From an uncultured Gammaproteobacteria bacterium (GTDB lineage Bacteria; Pseudomonadota; Gammaproteobacteria; Steroidobacterales; UBA11654): a DNA stretch of 64,000 nucleotides. Of this stretch, positions 18,699 through 28,209 are shown piece by piece. The stretch spans positions 2,574-66,573 of the forward strand of contig CALMWC010000003.1 in assembly GCA_937801655.1 (NCBI GenBank), given 5' to 3'. A program made the translations under genes and the position numbers. Each line of letters starts with the position of its first letter. The stretch's first letter is position 1. The notes beneath the pieces were generated by a model. It was not told the DNA's origin. It saw only the letters and a list, made by a program, of their open reading frames with translations, and made no database searches.

Positions 18699-19187
18699 TT
18701 AGTTCAATGTTATTGGTTTTTCCCAAAGGTCTTCGCCTTCGACACTATGCAGTTTTACATCAATAGAAGGCTCTTGAAACAACATCAAAATACTCAACGC
18801 TTTAACCACCTCTATGTCCATTGGCTCAAAACCAATTGATGTTAATTTATCTATTAGTAGCTCTCTTTTAAGGGGGGGCAACAAACCAAACTTTTCTAAC
18901 CTTAGGATATAATTCTGACACTCTTCATCCAAGAGATTCTTTTCTTCATCATTTAAAACCCTGATTGATTTTGATCCTGGTTTTTCAATAGTATTATTTG
19001 AGGAAGAGTCTTTAAAAATTCCAACCCAATCTAAGGCATGCTCAATAGCGTCTTCTCTAAAACCTGCCACTTTCAGTTTGTTCCTTATCTCAAAGTCATC
19101 ATCTTCTTCTAAATCGTTATCTTCTGAATAATATTCAAAAAGGTAAAGGAGCACATCTAGAAAGGCTTCTTTTAATTTATGATTCAT
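18699..19187 (-). CDS. smg: Smg protein (DUF494)
   Basis: 162 aa. The N-terminus (LDVLLYLFEYY) and acidic composition are typical of Smg, and it sits in the conserved position between topA and def. Confidence 0.7.
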   Translation of the reverse strand: MNHKLKEAFLDVLLYLFEYYSEDNDLEEDDDFEIRNKLKVAGFREDAIEHALDWVGIFKDSSSNNTIEKPGSKSIRVLNDEEKNLLDEECQNYILRLEKFGLLPPLKRELLIDKLTSIGFEPMDIEVVKALSILMLFQEPSIDVKLHSVEGEDLWEKPITLN

Positions 19188-19347
19188 ATTAAGTGTATAT
19201 TTGATTTAATAAATTGAGAATGAACCAAAAAAACTAAGAGGTCAATTCTTTTCGATTTATTTCATCTAAATAGAGACTTTTGGAAAAAAACAACAACATC
19301 ATGATAATATAAATCTCCATATTTTAAAGATTATGTAAGGAGTTGAA

Positions 19348-19884
19348 TTGAACACAAAATTAGAGATCTTAGAGTTTCCAGATAAGAGATTAAGGAAAAC
19401 CTCTGTACCCGTTAAAACATTTAATAGTGAATTAAAGCAGTTAGCAGAAGATATGTTAATAACCATGTATCAATCTATGGGTATTGGTTTAGCAGCGCCA
19501 CAAGTAAACCATCGTATTAGGCTAATTGTTATTGATATTTCAGAAGAAAGAAATGAGCCAATGGTCTTTGTTAATCCTGAAATAGAAAATTCCAGTGGAG
19601 AGGTTGAAAGTAGTGAGGGGTGCTTGTCTGTTCCTGATATAAAAACTGAAGTTAATCGGTTTGAGTCTATAGAGATAAGGGCAAAAAAGCTGGATGGAGA
19701 AGAGTTTCATATGAAAATAGATGGACTCCTTTCTATATGTGTTCAACATGAGATTGACCATCTAGATGGAAAACTATTCATTGATTATGTTTCCGAAATC
19801 AAGCTTGAAAGACTCAGAAAAAAAATAATTAAGGAAAAAAAAGCATTAAATACAGAGAAAAAAAAACCTGATTACCTTATATAA
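19348..19884 (+). CDS. def: Peptide deformylase
   Basis: 178 aa with GIGLAAPQV, EGCLSVP and HEIDHLDG motifs. It has a TTG start with AAGGAG 6 nt upstream. Confidence 0.9.
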   Translation: MNTKLEILEFPDKRLRKTSVPVKTFNSELKQLAEDMLITMYQSMGIGLAAPQVNHRIRLIVIDISEERNEPMVFVNPEIENSSGEVESSEGCLSVPDIKTEVNRFESIEIRAKKLDGEEFHMKIDGLLSICVQHEIDHLDGKLFIDYVSEIKLERLRKKIIKEKKALNTEKKKPDYLI

Positions 19885-19899
19885 AAAAACTCACACAGA

Positions 19900-20850
19900 A
19901 TGACCACACCATTAAAAATTATATTTGCTGGGTCATCTTCCTTCTCGGAAGAACCATTAAAAACACTTTATGACATGCAGTATGAAATAGTGGGCGTGCT
20001 TACCCAGCCTGATAAAAAACAAGGCAGAGGACTTAAGAGTGGGCCTAACAAAGTTAAAACTTTAGCTTTAGATTTAGGGTTGAAAGTTTTAGATATAGCT
20101 AATCTAAAAACTGATAAGGCTTTACTAGAAATACAATCATTGAAGCCTGATGTAATTTTAACAGCTTCTTATGGGAATGTTTTACCAGAAAAAATATTGA
20201 ACTTAGCTACCACTGAAACACTCAATATTCACCCTTCACTTTTACCTAAATGGAGAGGTGCAACACCTATACAAGCTTCGATTTTGAATGGCGATAAAGA
20301 AACAGGAGTATCCATTATTAGAATGATAGATAAGCTTGATGCAGGTCCAATATTTATATCAGAAAAGATTTCAATTAGTGATGGAGAAAACTATCAATCG
20401 CTTTCCAATAAACTTTCATTATTGTCTGCTGAAATTATCAGGAAGCATCTAGAGCAAATTCTATTGGGTGACATGCATCCGAAAGAGCAACAAGGAGAGA
20501 AAGCTAGTTTTTGCAATAAAATTAGTAAGGGTGATGGGGAAATAAACTGGAACAAATCAGCAAAAGAAATCAATAGAACTATAAAGGCATATAATCCATG
20601 GCCTATTGCCTATAGCTATATTGATAATAAGTATTTGAGGCTTTGGGACTCAACAATATCAAATAGTGATTTGCAATCAGGAGTTCCAGGAGAAGTGCTT
20701 GCTTTACAAAGCGAAGGCGTTTTAATAAAAACAGGTTCAAGCAACTTATTGTTAAAAAGCTTACAACTTGAAGGCAAGAAAAAAATGCATGCTTTAGATT
20801 TTATTAAAGGGTTTCCAATGGTAGGGAAAGTATTGGGTTTGAAGCAATGA
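19900..20850 (+). CDS. fmt: Methionyl-tRNA formyltransferase
   Basis: 316 aa. Motifs: IIFAGSSSFS, LTQPDKKQGRG, LNIHPSLLPKWRGATPIQ. Confidence 0.9.
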   Translation: MTTPLKIIFAGSSSFSEEPLKTLYDMQYEIVGVLTQPDKKQGRGLKSGPNKVKTLALDLGLKVLDIANLKTDKALLEIQSLKPDVILTASYGNVLPEKILNLATTETLNIHPSLLPKWRGATPIQASILNGDKETGVSIIRMIDKLDAGPIFISEKISISDGENYQSLSNKLSLLSAEIIRKHLEQILLGDMHPKEQQGEKASFCNKISKGDGEINWNKSAKEINRTIKAYNPWPIAYSYIDNKYLRLWDSTISNSDLQSGVPGEVLALQSEGVLIKTGSSNLLLKSLQLEGKKKMHALDFIKGFPMVGKVLGLKQ

Positions 20851-21398
20851 AACAAAAAAAACTAGTACTACTTTTTTTTATTTGCACTGTATTTTCTGGA
20901 GAGTTAAATTCTCAAGTTAAAAATAGCTATGGAGAGTCTTACCTTGAGAATGGTGTGTATTACACAAACATCAAACTACCAGTTAAATTTAGGGCAGATC
21001 AAGTTGAAGCATTAAACTCAGGGTTGTCTTTTGAGGCAGACTTAAGGTTTTCAATAGTCAATATTAAGTCTTGGAGGCTTGATAGAACCATTGGGGAAGT
21101 AGAGCAGAAATACCTGGTTCGTTACAATGCATTTACGAGAAGATATTCAGTTCTGAATAGCATTACAGGGAGAGAGAGATCGTCTTCCGATTTAAGTGAC
21201 ATAGAGTTACACATTAGTGATATTAAAAACTTACCCTTAATTGATGATTCTTTAATCAATATTGATGAGAGTTATCATGTTTATTTAATGACTTATATAA
21301 GAGCTCAAGACGTTCCAAGGTGGATGCAGAGCTTAACCTTTTGGAGAGAAAATTTAGATACAGAAATGGAGATGGTGGAATGGAAGCTATTCAAATAA
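20847..21398 (+). CDS. DUF4390-family periplasmic protein
   Basis: 183 aa with a signal peptide. ALNSGLSF, RYNAFTRRYSV and YHVYLMTYIRAQDVPRWMQ fit the DUF4390 pattern as I recall it. There is an ATGA overlap with fmt, and the gene lies upstream of an NtrY/NtrX-like pair, as in other proteobacteria. Confidence 0.55.
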   Translation: MKQKKLVLLFFICTVFSGELNSQVKNSYGESYLENGVYYTNIKLPVKFRADQVEALNSGLSFEADLRFSIVNIKSWRLDRTIGEVEQKYLVRYNAFTRRYSVLNSITGRERSSSDLSDIELHISDIKNLPLIDDSLINIDESYHVYLMTYIRAQDVPRWMQSLTFWRENLDTEMEMVEWKLFK

Positions 21399-23122
21399 GA
21401 TCCAATTCAGCAAAAAAAATTATTTTTCTCTTAATTGTTTTAAGTATTAGCTCTCTAGTTGCCTTGATGTTTGCAGCAGACAACCCTAGCGAGTTTAACC
21501 GCATGCAATTGCCCTTACTTATAATCAATAGCCTATCCCTTTTGGTTTTATTTGGCGTAGTTTTTCTAAGTGTTAGAAAAATAATGATGGATTATAAGAA
21601 AAGTAAACTGGGTGCTCGATTGAGAGCTAGAATGGCATTGGCATTTAGTGGGCTTTCAGTTGTACCCGCTCTCCTTGTCTTTATCTTTGCTACTGATTTT
21701 ATGAACAAAGGATTAGATATTTGGTTTGATGCTGATGTTGAAGATGGGCTTAGAAACGCTTTACTTCTTGGCCGTTCTGCTATGGATGACCAAGAGCAAA
21801 AAAGAGTATTTGATACTGCTAATATTGCACTTTCTTTGGATGGCATTGAGAATATTGAGCAACAACTTAATGAATCGAGAGAGACTATTTCTGCAAAACA
21901 ACTATTGTTATTAGATCAAAACCTACAAATTATCGCTGTTAGCACTGAAACAATTGGGTTGTTTGCACCACAACTACCATCTTTGCTAGAAGTAGAAATA
22001 GCTCAGTCTCAACAATCATGGAGTAGTTTGGATTCATCTTCATCAGATGGTTATACAATACGGGTGTTAATACCTATTCTAAATTTTGCATCAAACCAAA
22101 CGCCACTATTCCTTCAAGGCTTGTTTGTTGTTGATCCAAGATTAAGCATGTTGGCAGACTCTGTTGAGGAAACCTATGCAGCATATGGCAGACTAAGTTT
22201 TTTAAAAATACCCATTCAATATAGTTATATTTTGACTTTACTACTGGTTGTTATGCTTGCTTTATTATTGGCAATTTATGGTTCCATAGAGTTCGCAGAT
22301 AGATTGGTTAGACCGATTGAGTCACTTGAGAAAAAAACAAGGTCAGCGTCAGAATCGAATTCAATGTTGCACTTACCCCAGTCAGACAGTGATGAAATCA
22401 GCTCATTAGTTGAATCATTTATTAAGGCTGAAAAAGAGGCAGCTTGGAGTGATGTAGCCAGAAGAATGGCCCATGAAATTAACAATCCATTAACACCTAT
22501 ACAACTTTCAGCCGAACGAATACAAAAAAGATATGCGTCGGTTTTTAAAAATGAAGAGCTTGATTTCTTAAATAAATCAACAGATACGATTGTGAGTCAG
22601 GTAGAGGTATTGAGAGACATGGTTTTAGAGTTTGGTAATTTTGCAAAACAACCACAATTAAACTTTGAAGTCTTTGATGTCTCAAAGCTTATTGATGAAA
22701 CACTAGAGTTCTTAAAAAAAGATAAAGATTCATTTCAAGTTTTGGTTCAGCACAATGGAGATGCTTCTATAGAGGCTGATATAAAGCGCATAAGGCAAGT
22801 GCTCAATAATATATTTACAAACACCATTGATGCTTTAAAGTTCGAAAGTCATCCAGTTATAAAAATAACAACTAAATCTCTCGTTCATCAATCAAATGAG
22901 TATTTAGTTTTGGAGATTAAAGACAATGGCCATGGCTTTGATAATAAGCTTCTAGACTCTGCTTTTGAGCCATACACAACAACAAAAAATAAAGGTACTG
23001 GGTTGGGCTTGCCAATAGTTAAGAAGATTATAGATGAGCACAAAGGGTTAATTTCAATTAAAAACAATAAAGAAAAAGGAGCTACCTTGAAGATCTTTTT
23101 TCTTAAAGCATACGAAAGATAA
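21380..23122 (+). CDS. NtrY-like sensor histidine kinase
   Basis: It has multiple N-terminal TM helices, an H-box MAHEINNPLTPIQLSAERIQ, an N-box and a G-box (DNGHGF, GTGLGLPIVKKIIDEH). The start is taken at the ATG at 21380 (MEAIQIRS...) rather than 21320, to limit overlap with the upstream gene; the start is uncertain. Confidence 0.75.
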   Translation: MEAIQIRSNSAKKIIFLLIVLSISSLVALMFAADNPSEFNRMQLPLLIINSLSLLVLFGVVFLSVRKIMMDYKKSKLGARLRARMALAFSGLSVVPALLVFIFATDFMNKGLDIWFDADVEDGLRNALLLGRSAMDDQEQKRVFDTANIALSLDGIENIEQQLNESRETISAKQLLLLDQNLQIIAVSTETIGLFAPQLPSLLEVEIAQSQQSWSSLDSSSSDGYTIRVLIPILNFASNQTPLFLQGLFVVDPRLSMLADSVEETYAAYGRLSFLKIPIQYSYILTLLLVVMLALLLAIYGSIEFADRLVRPIESLEKKTRSASESNSMLHLPQSDSDEISSLVESFIKAEKEAAWSDVARRMAHEINNPLTPIQLSAERIQKRYASVFKNEELDFLNKSTDTIVSQVEVLRDMVLEFGNFAKQPQLNFEVFDVSKLIDETLEFLKKDKDSFQVLVQHNGDASIEADIKRIRQVLNNIFTNTIDALKFESHPVIKITTKSLVHQSNEYLVLEIKDNGHGFDNKLLDSAFEPYTTTKNKGTGLGLPIVKKIIDEHKGLISIKNNKEKGATLKIFFLKAYER

Positions 23123-23134
23123 AAGAAGGGTTAT

Positions 23135-24412
23135 ATGAGCATAGAAAAAAAACATATTTTAATAATAGATGATGAGCTAGAGATTAGAACGGTAATTCAG
23201 GAGATTCTTTCAGAAGAAGGCTATTCAACTGAGATAGCCGAATCAGCTATGGAGGCGGAAACTAAGATTAAAAATAAAACACCTGATCTGGTTTTTTTAG
23301 ATATATGGATGCCTGATGTTGACGGTATCTCTTTATTAAAAAAGTGGTCAAAGGAACACTCAATAAATTTTCCAGTAATTATGATATCTGGACATGCAAC
23401 TATAGAAACTGCAATAGAGGCCACAAAACTAGGAGCCATTGATTTTATAGAAAAACCAATCTCCATGGAAAAACTTTTTGATGCTTTAAACGGAGCTTTT
23501 GATTTAAAGGACTCTATATCTAATGAAGATATTTTGTCTTATATATTAAGAAAAAGTAAGACCATGTCTGATATTTTTAATGCAACATTGGGCGATAGCA
23601 TATCAAGAAAAAAACTTTTTATTGTTGGTGAAAATGGAACAGAAAAATATGGTTGGGCCAGATACCTTCATCTAAGAACTAACAAAGATGAGTCTAATTT
23701 TAAAAATATACACTTAAATATGTTAAGTGCTGACCATAAAGAAGTTGATGCATTTAAGTCCAATATACTAGAAGAAATAAATGCAATTAAAACTGGAACT
23801 CTCTATATCAATGGTTTTTCTAGCTTAAATAATGAGAGACAAAGTATGGTTTTATCCATTATTGAAAGCATGAAGATTAATGATGATATTAATCGTTTTA
23901 TAGCTATTGATTCAAATTTTGATAGCGAAGGCTTAGAGTTTTTAATAAATGAGTATTGTCTAGAGATACCACCACTAAGAAAATTTTTAGATGAGATACC
24001 AGAGCTATTAAAGCTTTGTGTGGAATATTTTAGTAAAAACGAGGGATTGAAAACCAGAAGGTTTAGTTTAGCCTCACAAAACATGCTCACTAAATATTCA
24101 TGGCCTGGAAATATTAAGCAATTGATAGATATGGTTCATGCCACTTTAACTAGACAAGATAAAGAAATCATTAATATAGAAGAAATTGATGAAACGCTAA
24201 CCCTGCAAGGCCCTCAAGGCAACCTTTTAGTGCAAAGCGATATAATGACCTTAAGTATGAAGGAGGCGAAAAAGCAGTTTGAGAGAGCTTTCCTAACCCG
24301 CCAATTGGAAATCGTTGATGGTAAAATAAGTGAATTATCCAGAAGAGTGGGCATGGAAAGAACTAACCTGTATAGAAAACTTCAATCTTTAGATATTAAA
24401 TACAAAAAGTAA
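23135..24412 (+). CDS. NtrX-like response regulator (REC + degenerate AAA+ + Fis-type HTH)
   Basis: 425 aa. REC motifs are present (IIDDE, FLDIWMPDVDG, MISGH, EKPI). The central domain keeps WPGNIKQL, but Walker A reads GENGTEK, Walker B reads LYINGF, and no GAFTGA is present. The C-terminal HTH is ISELSRRVGMERTNLYRKL. Confidence 0.75.
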   Translation: MSIEKKHILIIDDELEIRTVIQEILSEEGYSTEIAESAMEAETKIKNKTPDLVFLDIWMPDVDGISLLKKWSKEHSINFPVIMISGHATIETAIEATKLGAIDFIEKPISMEKLFDALNGAFDLKDSISNEDILSYILRKSKTMSDIFNATLGDSISRKKLFIVGENGTEKYGWARYLHLRTNKDESNFKNIHLNMLSADHKEVDAFKSNILEEINAIKTGTLYINGFSSLNNERQSMVLSIIESMKINDDINRFIAIDSNFDSEGLEFLINEYCLEIPPLRKFLDEIPELLKLCVEYFSKNEGLKTRRFSLASQNMLTKYSWPGNIKQLIDMVHATLTRQDKEIINIEEIDETLTLQGPQGNLLVQSDIMTLSMKEAKKQFERAFLTRQLEIVDGKISELSRRVGMERTNLYRKLQSLDIKYKK

Positions 24413-24432
24413 ATAATATTATTGCCAATCCA

Positions 24433-26172
24433 CTACATTTTTGAAGGCGCGGATACACCTATTATAGACAATCCATTTTTTAAGATTATTTGAACCGCTT
24501 TTATTAATAACACTCTCGCATTCCTTAGTTCTTTATCTGCAATTAAAAATGTTTCTGCACCATAATATGAATGAAATAATTGAGCTAACTCATGAAGGTA
24601 ATTAGCCAATGTATGCACTGTTTTATTATTGGCTGATTGTTTAATTAATGCAGGATAGCCACTGAGTTTCGCAATTAATTCAACTTCATGTTTTGTTGTT
24701 AATTTATCAAGATTTTTTTCTGCTATTTCTTTCTCAAAAGAGATTTTTTGGCTAGTCATTTGACTTAATACTCGACAAATTCTAGCGTGAGCATACTGAA
24801 TATAATAAACCGGATTTTCATTATTGGTTTGTTTTGCTAATTCAAGATCAAAATCTAAGTGCTGACTTTGAGACTTTGAAACATAAAAAAAACGAGCTGC
24901 ATCCACGCCTACTTCATTATAAAGTTCAGACATTGGGGTGAATTCACCCGAACGAGTAGACATTTGTATTTTCTTTTTTCCTCGATAAAGGCTAATAAAT
25001 TGAACCAAAACTACCTCGAGATCTTCCGGAGAAAAACCCAATGATGCAAGTCCAGCTTTTAGTCTTCCTATATACCCATGATGGTCTGAACCCAAGATAT
25101 TTATTAGTTGGTCGTAACCACGCCTTTTTTTATCTGCATGGTAAGCAATATCGGAGGCAAAATAAGTTGACCTGCCATCATCTCTTAATACAACCCTATC
25201 TTTGTCATCATTGTAATTAGTTGTTTTTAGCCACAAGGCTCCTTCTTGTTTGTAAAGAAGGTTTTTTTTTGTTAAGTCATTAATACTATTGCTGATTAAA
25301 CCGCTGTTTATCATAGATCGCTCTGAGTACCAATGATCAAAAGTAACTCCAAATCTTTTTAAATCTTCTTTGATTGTATTTATTGTGATATTGCAGATGT
25401 CACTTGATAAGGATTCAAACATCTCATCACCTATGGTATTTTTGACACTCAAGATTGCTAAATCTATTTCCTCATCTTCTGAAACATCTTGCTTTAAAAA
25501 ATTTTTAGTTAACAAAGGGGTTAGTAAATCCCTGGACTGCTTAATCATTTCATCAGCTATAGGGTTTAAATATTCTCCTTGATAACACGCTCTTGGAAGA
25601 TCACTTTTTGTTTCTATTTTATTTAAAGCTTTAATTAGAATGCTAACCAGCAAGATATCTATTTGCCTACCCGCATCATTAATATAGTACTCAGTTTCTA
25701 CTTTATGACCCGCTTTGCGAAGTAGTTTTGCAAGCGAATCTCCAAATGCAGCATGCCTTCCATGGCCAACATGAAGAGGCCCTGTGGGATTGGAAGAAAC
25801 AAACTCTAGGAGAATCGAGCCTTTTGAGCCTTGTACTTCTGTAGCAAAACCATCATCTTTACTGAGTATCTTTTTTAATATTTGTGTTTTTTCAGATTTC
25901 GTTAGAAAAATATTAATAAAGCCAGGGGGTGCTACTTCTATTTTTTCAATACCATCAGTGGTTTCAATAGCATTGATAATTTTTTTTGCAATATCTAAAG
26001 GAGGTAGTTTAAGTATCTTTGAAAGACGCATAGCTACATTACAAGAAAAATCACCATGGCTTAGATCTTTTGTTTGGGTAACCTCTATATTTAAATTCTC
26101 AGCCCAGCTTTGATCTTGAGTGTCTAGACTCAATATAGATGCAGTAATTATTTTTGTTATTTTCTTATTCAA
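24433..26172 (-). CDS. argS: Arginine--tRNA ligase
   Basis: 579 aa with FVSSNPTGPLHVGHGR (HIGH) and an MSTRSGEF (KMSKS-like) motif. The anticodon-binding C-terminus ends in ..SKM. Confidence 0.9.
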   Translation of the reverse strand: MNKKITKIITASILSLDTQDQSWAENLNIEVTQTKDLSHGDFSCNVAMRLSKILKLPPLDIAKKIINAIETTDGIEKIEVAPPGFINIFLTKSEKTQILKKILSKDDGFATEVQGSKGSILLEFVSSNPTGPLHVGHGRHAAFGDSLAKLLRKAGHKVETEYYINDAGRQIDILLVSILIKALNKIETKSDLPRACYQGEYLNPIADEMIKQSRDLLTPLLTKNFLKQDVSEDEEIDLAILSVKNTIGDEMFESLSSDICNITINTIKEDLKRFGVTFDHWYSERSMINSGLISNSINDLTKKNLLYKQEGALWLKTTNYNDDKDRVVLRDDGRSTYFASDIAYHADKKRRGYDQLINILGSDHHGYIGRLKAGLASLGFSPEDLEVVLVQFISLYRGKKKIQMSTRSGEFTPMSELYNEVGVDAARFFYVSKSQSQHLDFDLELAKQTNNENPVYYIQYAHARICRVLSQMTSQKISFEKEIAEKNLDKLTTKHEVELIAKLSGYPALIKQSANNKTVHTLANYLHELAQLFHSYYGAETFLIADKELRNARVLLIKAVQIILKNGLSIIGVSAPSKM

Positions 26173-26214
26173 TACAGTTGCCTCAGGATCTATTTTAGCT
26201 AACTTAAGAGTATT

Positions 26215-28209
26215 TTAGGATAAATCAATTGGATCCACATCTATGGCCCACCTTACCTCTCTTTTTATTTTTTGTTTTTGAATATAAGTATCCATTGTTT
26301 TGATGGACTGATGCAGATCTTTTCTACTAATATTTAATAACAAAAGCTGGCCCCGATAACGGCCTGACTTCTTTTCAATGGGTGAAGCATTAGGGCCTAG
26401 CACCAATGTGGAACCAATATTCTTTCCCAAACAATCTTTGTTAATTTGATTTAAGAACTTAAAAACAGAGGCTTGCCTTGTAGATTCTGCATGAAGAAGA
26501 GCTATGTGTGAATAAGGAGGCCACTGAGGTATTTCTCTTTCTTTTATTGCTTCTTTATAAAAGGTTAAATAATCCTGTGTAAGAATTTTATTGAGTAGGG
26601 GGTTTTGAGAATTATAGGTCTGTATCATAACCAAACCCTTTTCCTCCCTACGCCCAGCTCTTCCAGAGACCTGTAATAATGTTTGGGCAAATTTTTCACT
26701 GCTTCTAAAGTCGCTGCCGAATAAACCTTGATCGGCATTAACAATTGCTACCAGAGTTAGATTAGGAAAGTCATGACCTTTGGCTAGCATTTGAGTGCCT
26801 AGTAAGATCTCCCCTTTGCCTGATTTGGCTTGTGAGAGCATCTCTTTTCTACTATTTTTAGATTTAACGGTGTCTTTGTCTATTCGTATAATGTTTGTTT
26901 TAGGGAATTGCTCCCTCAAGTATTCCTCTATTTGCTCCGTACCTTTTCCTAAAGGAGCAACACTTTCCCCGCAAACTGTACAGTTTTCTTCCCAATTTTT
27001 TGAGGTAGAGCAATGGTGACATATAAGCTTAGCTTTGCTTTTGTGGAGAACTAAGCTGGTATCACATCTTGGGCATTCTTCTACATGACCGCAACCAATG
27101 CAAACAGTTGCAGGCGAGTAACCTCTTCGATTTAAATAAATTAATGATTGTTTTTTGTTATCGAGCTGTTTTCTTATTGTGTTGATTAATATTTTTGTAA
27201 GACCCCTTTCTTGGGGATGCACCCTCAGGTCAATCATTTGAGTAGACGGTAAGGAGCTAGACAAAACCCTCTTTTTTAAAACAGTTTGCTGGTACTTCTT
27301 TTTTTCAACATTCATTAGTGTTTCAAAAGAAGGAGTAGCGGAACCCAGAATCACAGAAATATGATTATTTGCAGCTCTTACAAGGGACAAATCTCTAGCT
27401 GAATACCTTAAACCACTTTGTTGCTTATATGAAGCATCATGCTCTTCATCAACAATAATTAAACCAAGAGATTGAAAAGGTGTAAAAATTGAGGATCTTG
27501 TTCCAATAATAATTTTACTCAACCCTTTTTTTGCCTTAACCCAATTCACAGCATTTTCTTTTGGAGTATTCTCGGAATGAATAACAGCTATAGTATTGCC
27601 AAACCTAGACCTAAACTCTCCCAATAATTGAGGTGTTAAACCTATTTCTGGAACGAGCACCAATGCTTGTTCTTTTTTTTTCAATTTTCTTTCAATAACT
27701 TGCATGTATAACTCAGTTTTACCACTGCCTGTTATTCCATTTAATACAATTGGCTCTTTCTTGATCATCGCATCAGAGATATCTTTAAAAGACTGATGCT
27801 GTTCTTTTGTTAATTTTTTTCTTGTTTCTAAGGTTAGAGGTTCTGAAGCAGAATCTTGTTCAGCTAGTTTGGGGTATTTTGACTGTCTTAGGTATAGAGG
27901 AACAGCGGCAGCAAAGACCTCACCTATGGGGTGATAATAATACTTTGATGTCCAAGCTATAAGCTTTAATAATTCAGAATCAAGTATAGGTTTCTCATCA
28001 AGAATATTAATAATGGGTCTAATTTTATTAGAGGCAACCGTTGTTGCATCTGAGACTTTGCTTATAAAACCAACCTTTTCTTGTTTACCAAAAGGCACCC
28101 TAACTCTTTGTCCTGGTTTTGGAGTAATGGCTGAATTACTCTCTAATGAGTAGTCAAATAGATTTTTAATGGGAGCATTAAGAGCAATGCTTAGTATGGT
28201 TTTTTTCAA
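26215..28209 (-). CDS. priA: Primosomal replication-restart helicase PriA
   Basis: 664 aa. Motifs: LNGITGSGKTE (Walker A), IIVDEEHD, Cys-rich zinc region CIGCGH..CPRCD..CHHC..CTVCG, GTQMLAKGHDFP. Confidence 0.9.
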   Translation of the reverse strand: MKKTILSIALNAPIKNLFDYSLESNSAITPKPGQRVRVPFGKQEKVGFISKVSDATTVASNKIRPIINILDEKPILDSELLKLIAWTSKYYYHPIGEVFAAAVPLYLRQSKYPKLAEQDSASEPLTLETRKKLTKEQHQSFKDISDAMIKKEPIVLNGITGSGKTELYMQVIERKLKKKEQALVLVPEIGLTPQLLGEFRSRFGNTIAVIHSENTPKENAVNWVKAKKGLSKIIIGTRSSIFTPFQSLGLIIVDEEHDASYKQQSGLRYSARDLSLVRAANNHISVILGSATPSFETLMNVEKKKYQQTVLKKRVLSSSLPSTQMIDLRVHPQERGLTKILINTIRKQLDNKKQSLIYLNRRGYSPATVCIGCGHVEECPRCDTSLVLHKSKAKLICHHCSTSKNWEENCTVCGESVAPLGKGTEQIEEYLREQFPKTNIIRIDKDTVKSKNSRKEMLSQAKSGKGEILLGTQMLAKGHDFPNLTLVAIVNADQGLFGSDFRSSEKFAQTLLQVSGRAGRREEKGLVMIQTYNSQNPLLNKILTQDYLTFYKEAIKEREIPQWPPYSHIALLHAESTRQASVFKFLNQINKDCLGKNIGSTLVLGPNASPIEKKSGRYRGQLLLLNISRKDLHQSIKTMDTYIQKQKIKREVRWAIDVDPIDLS

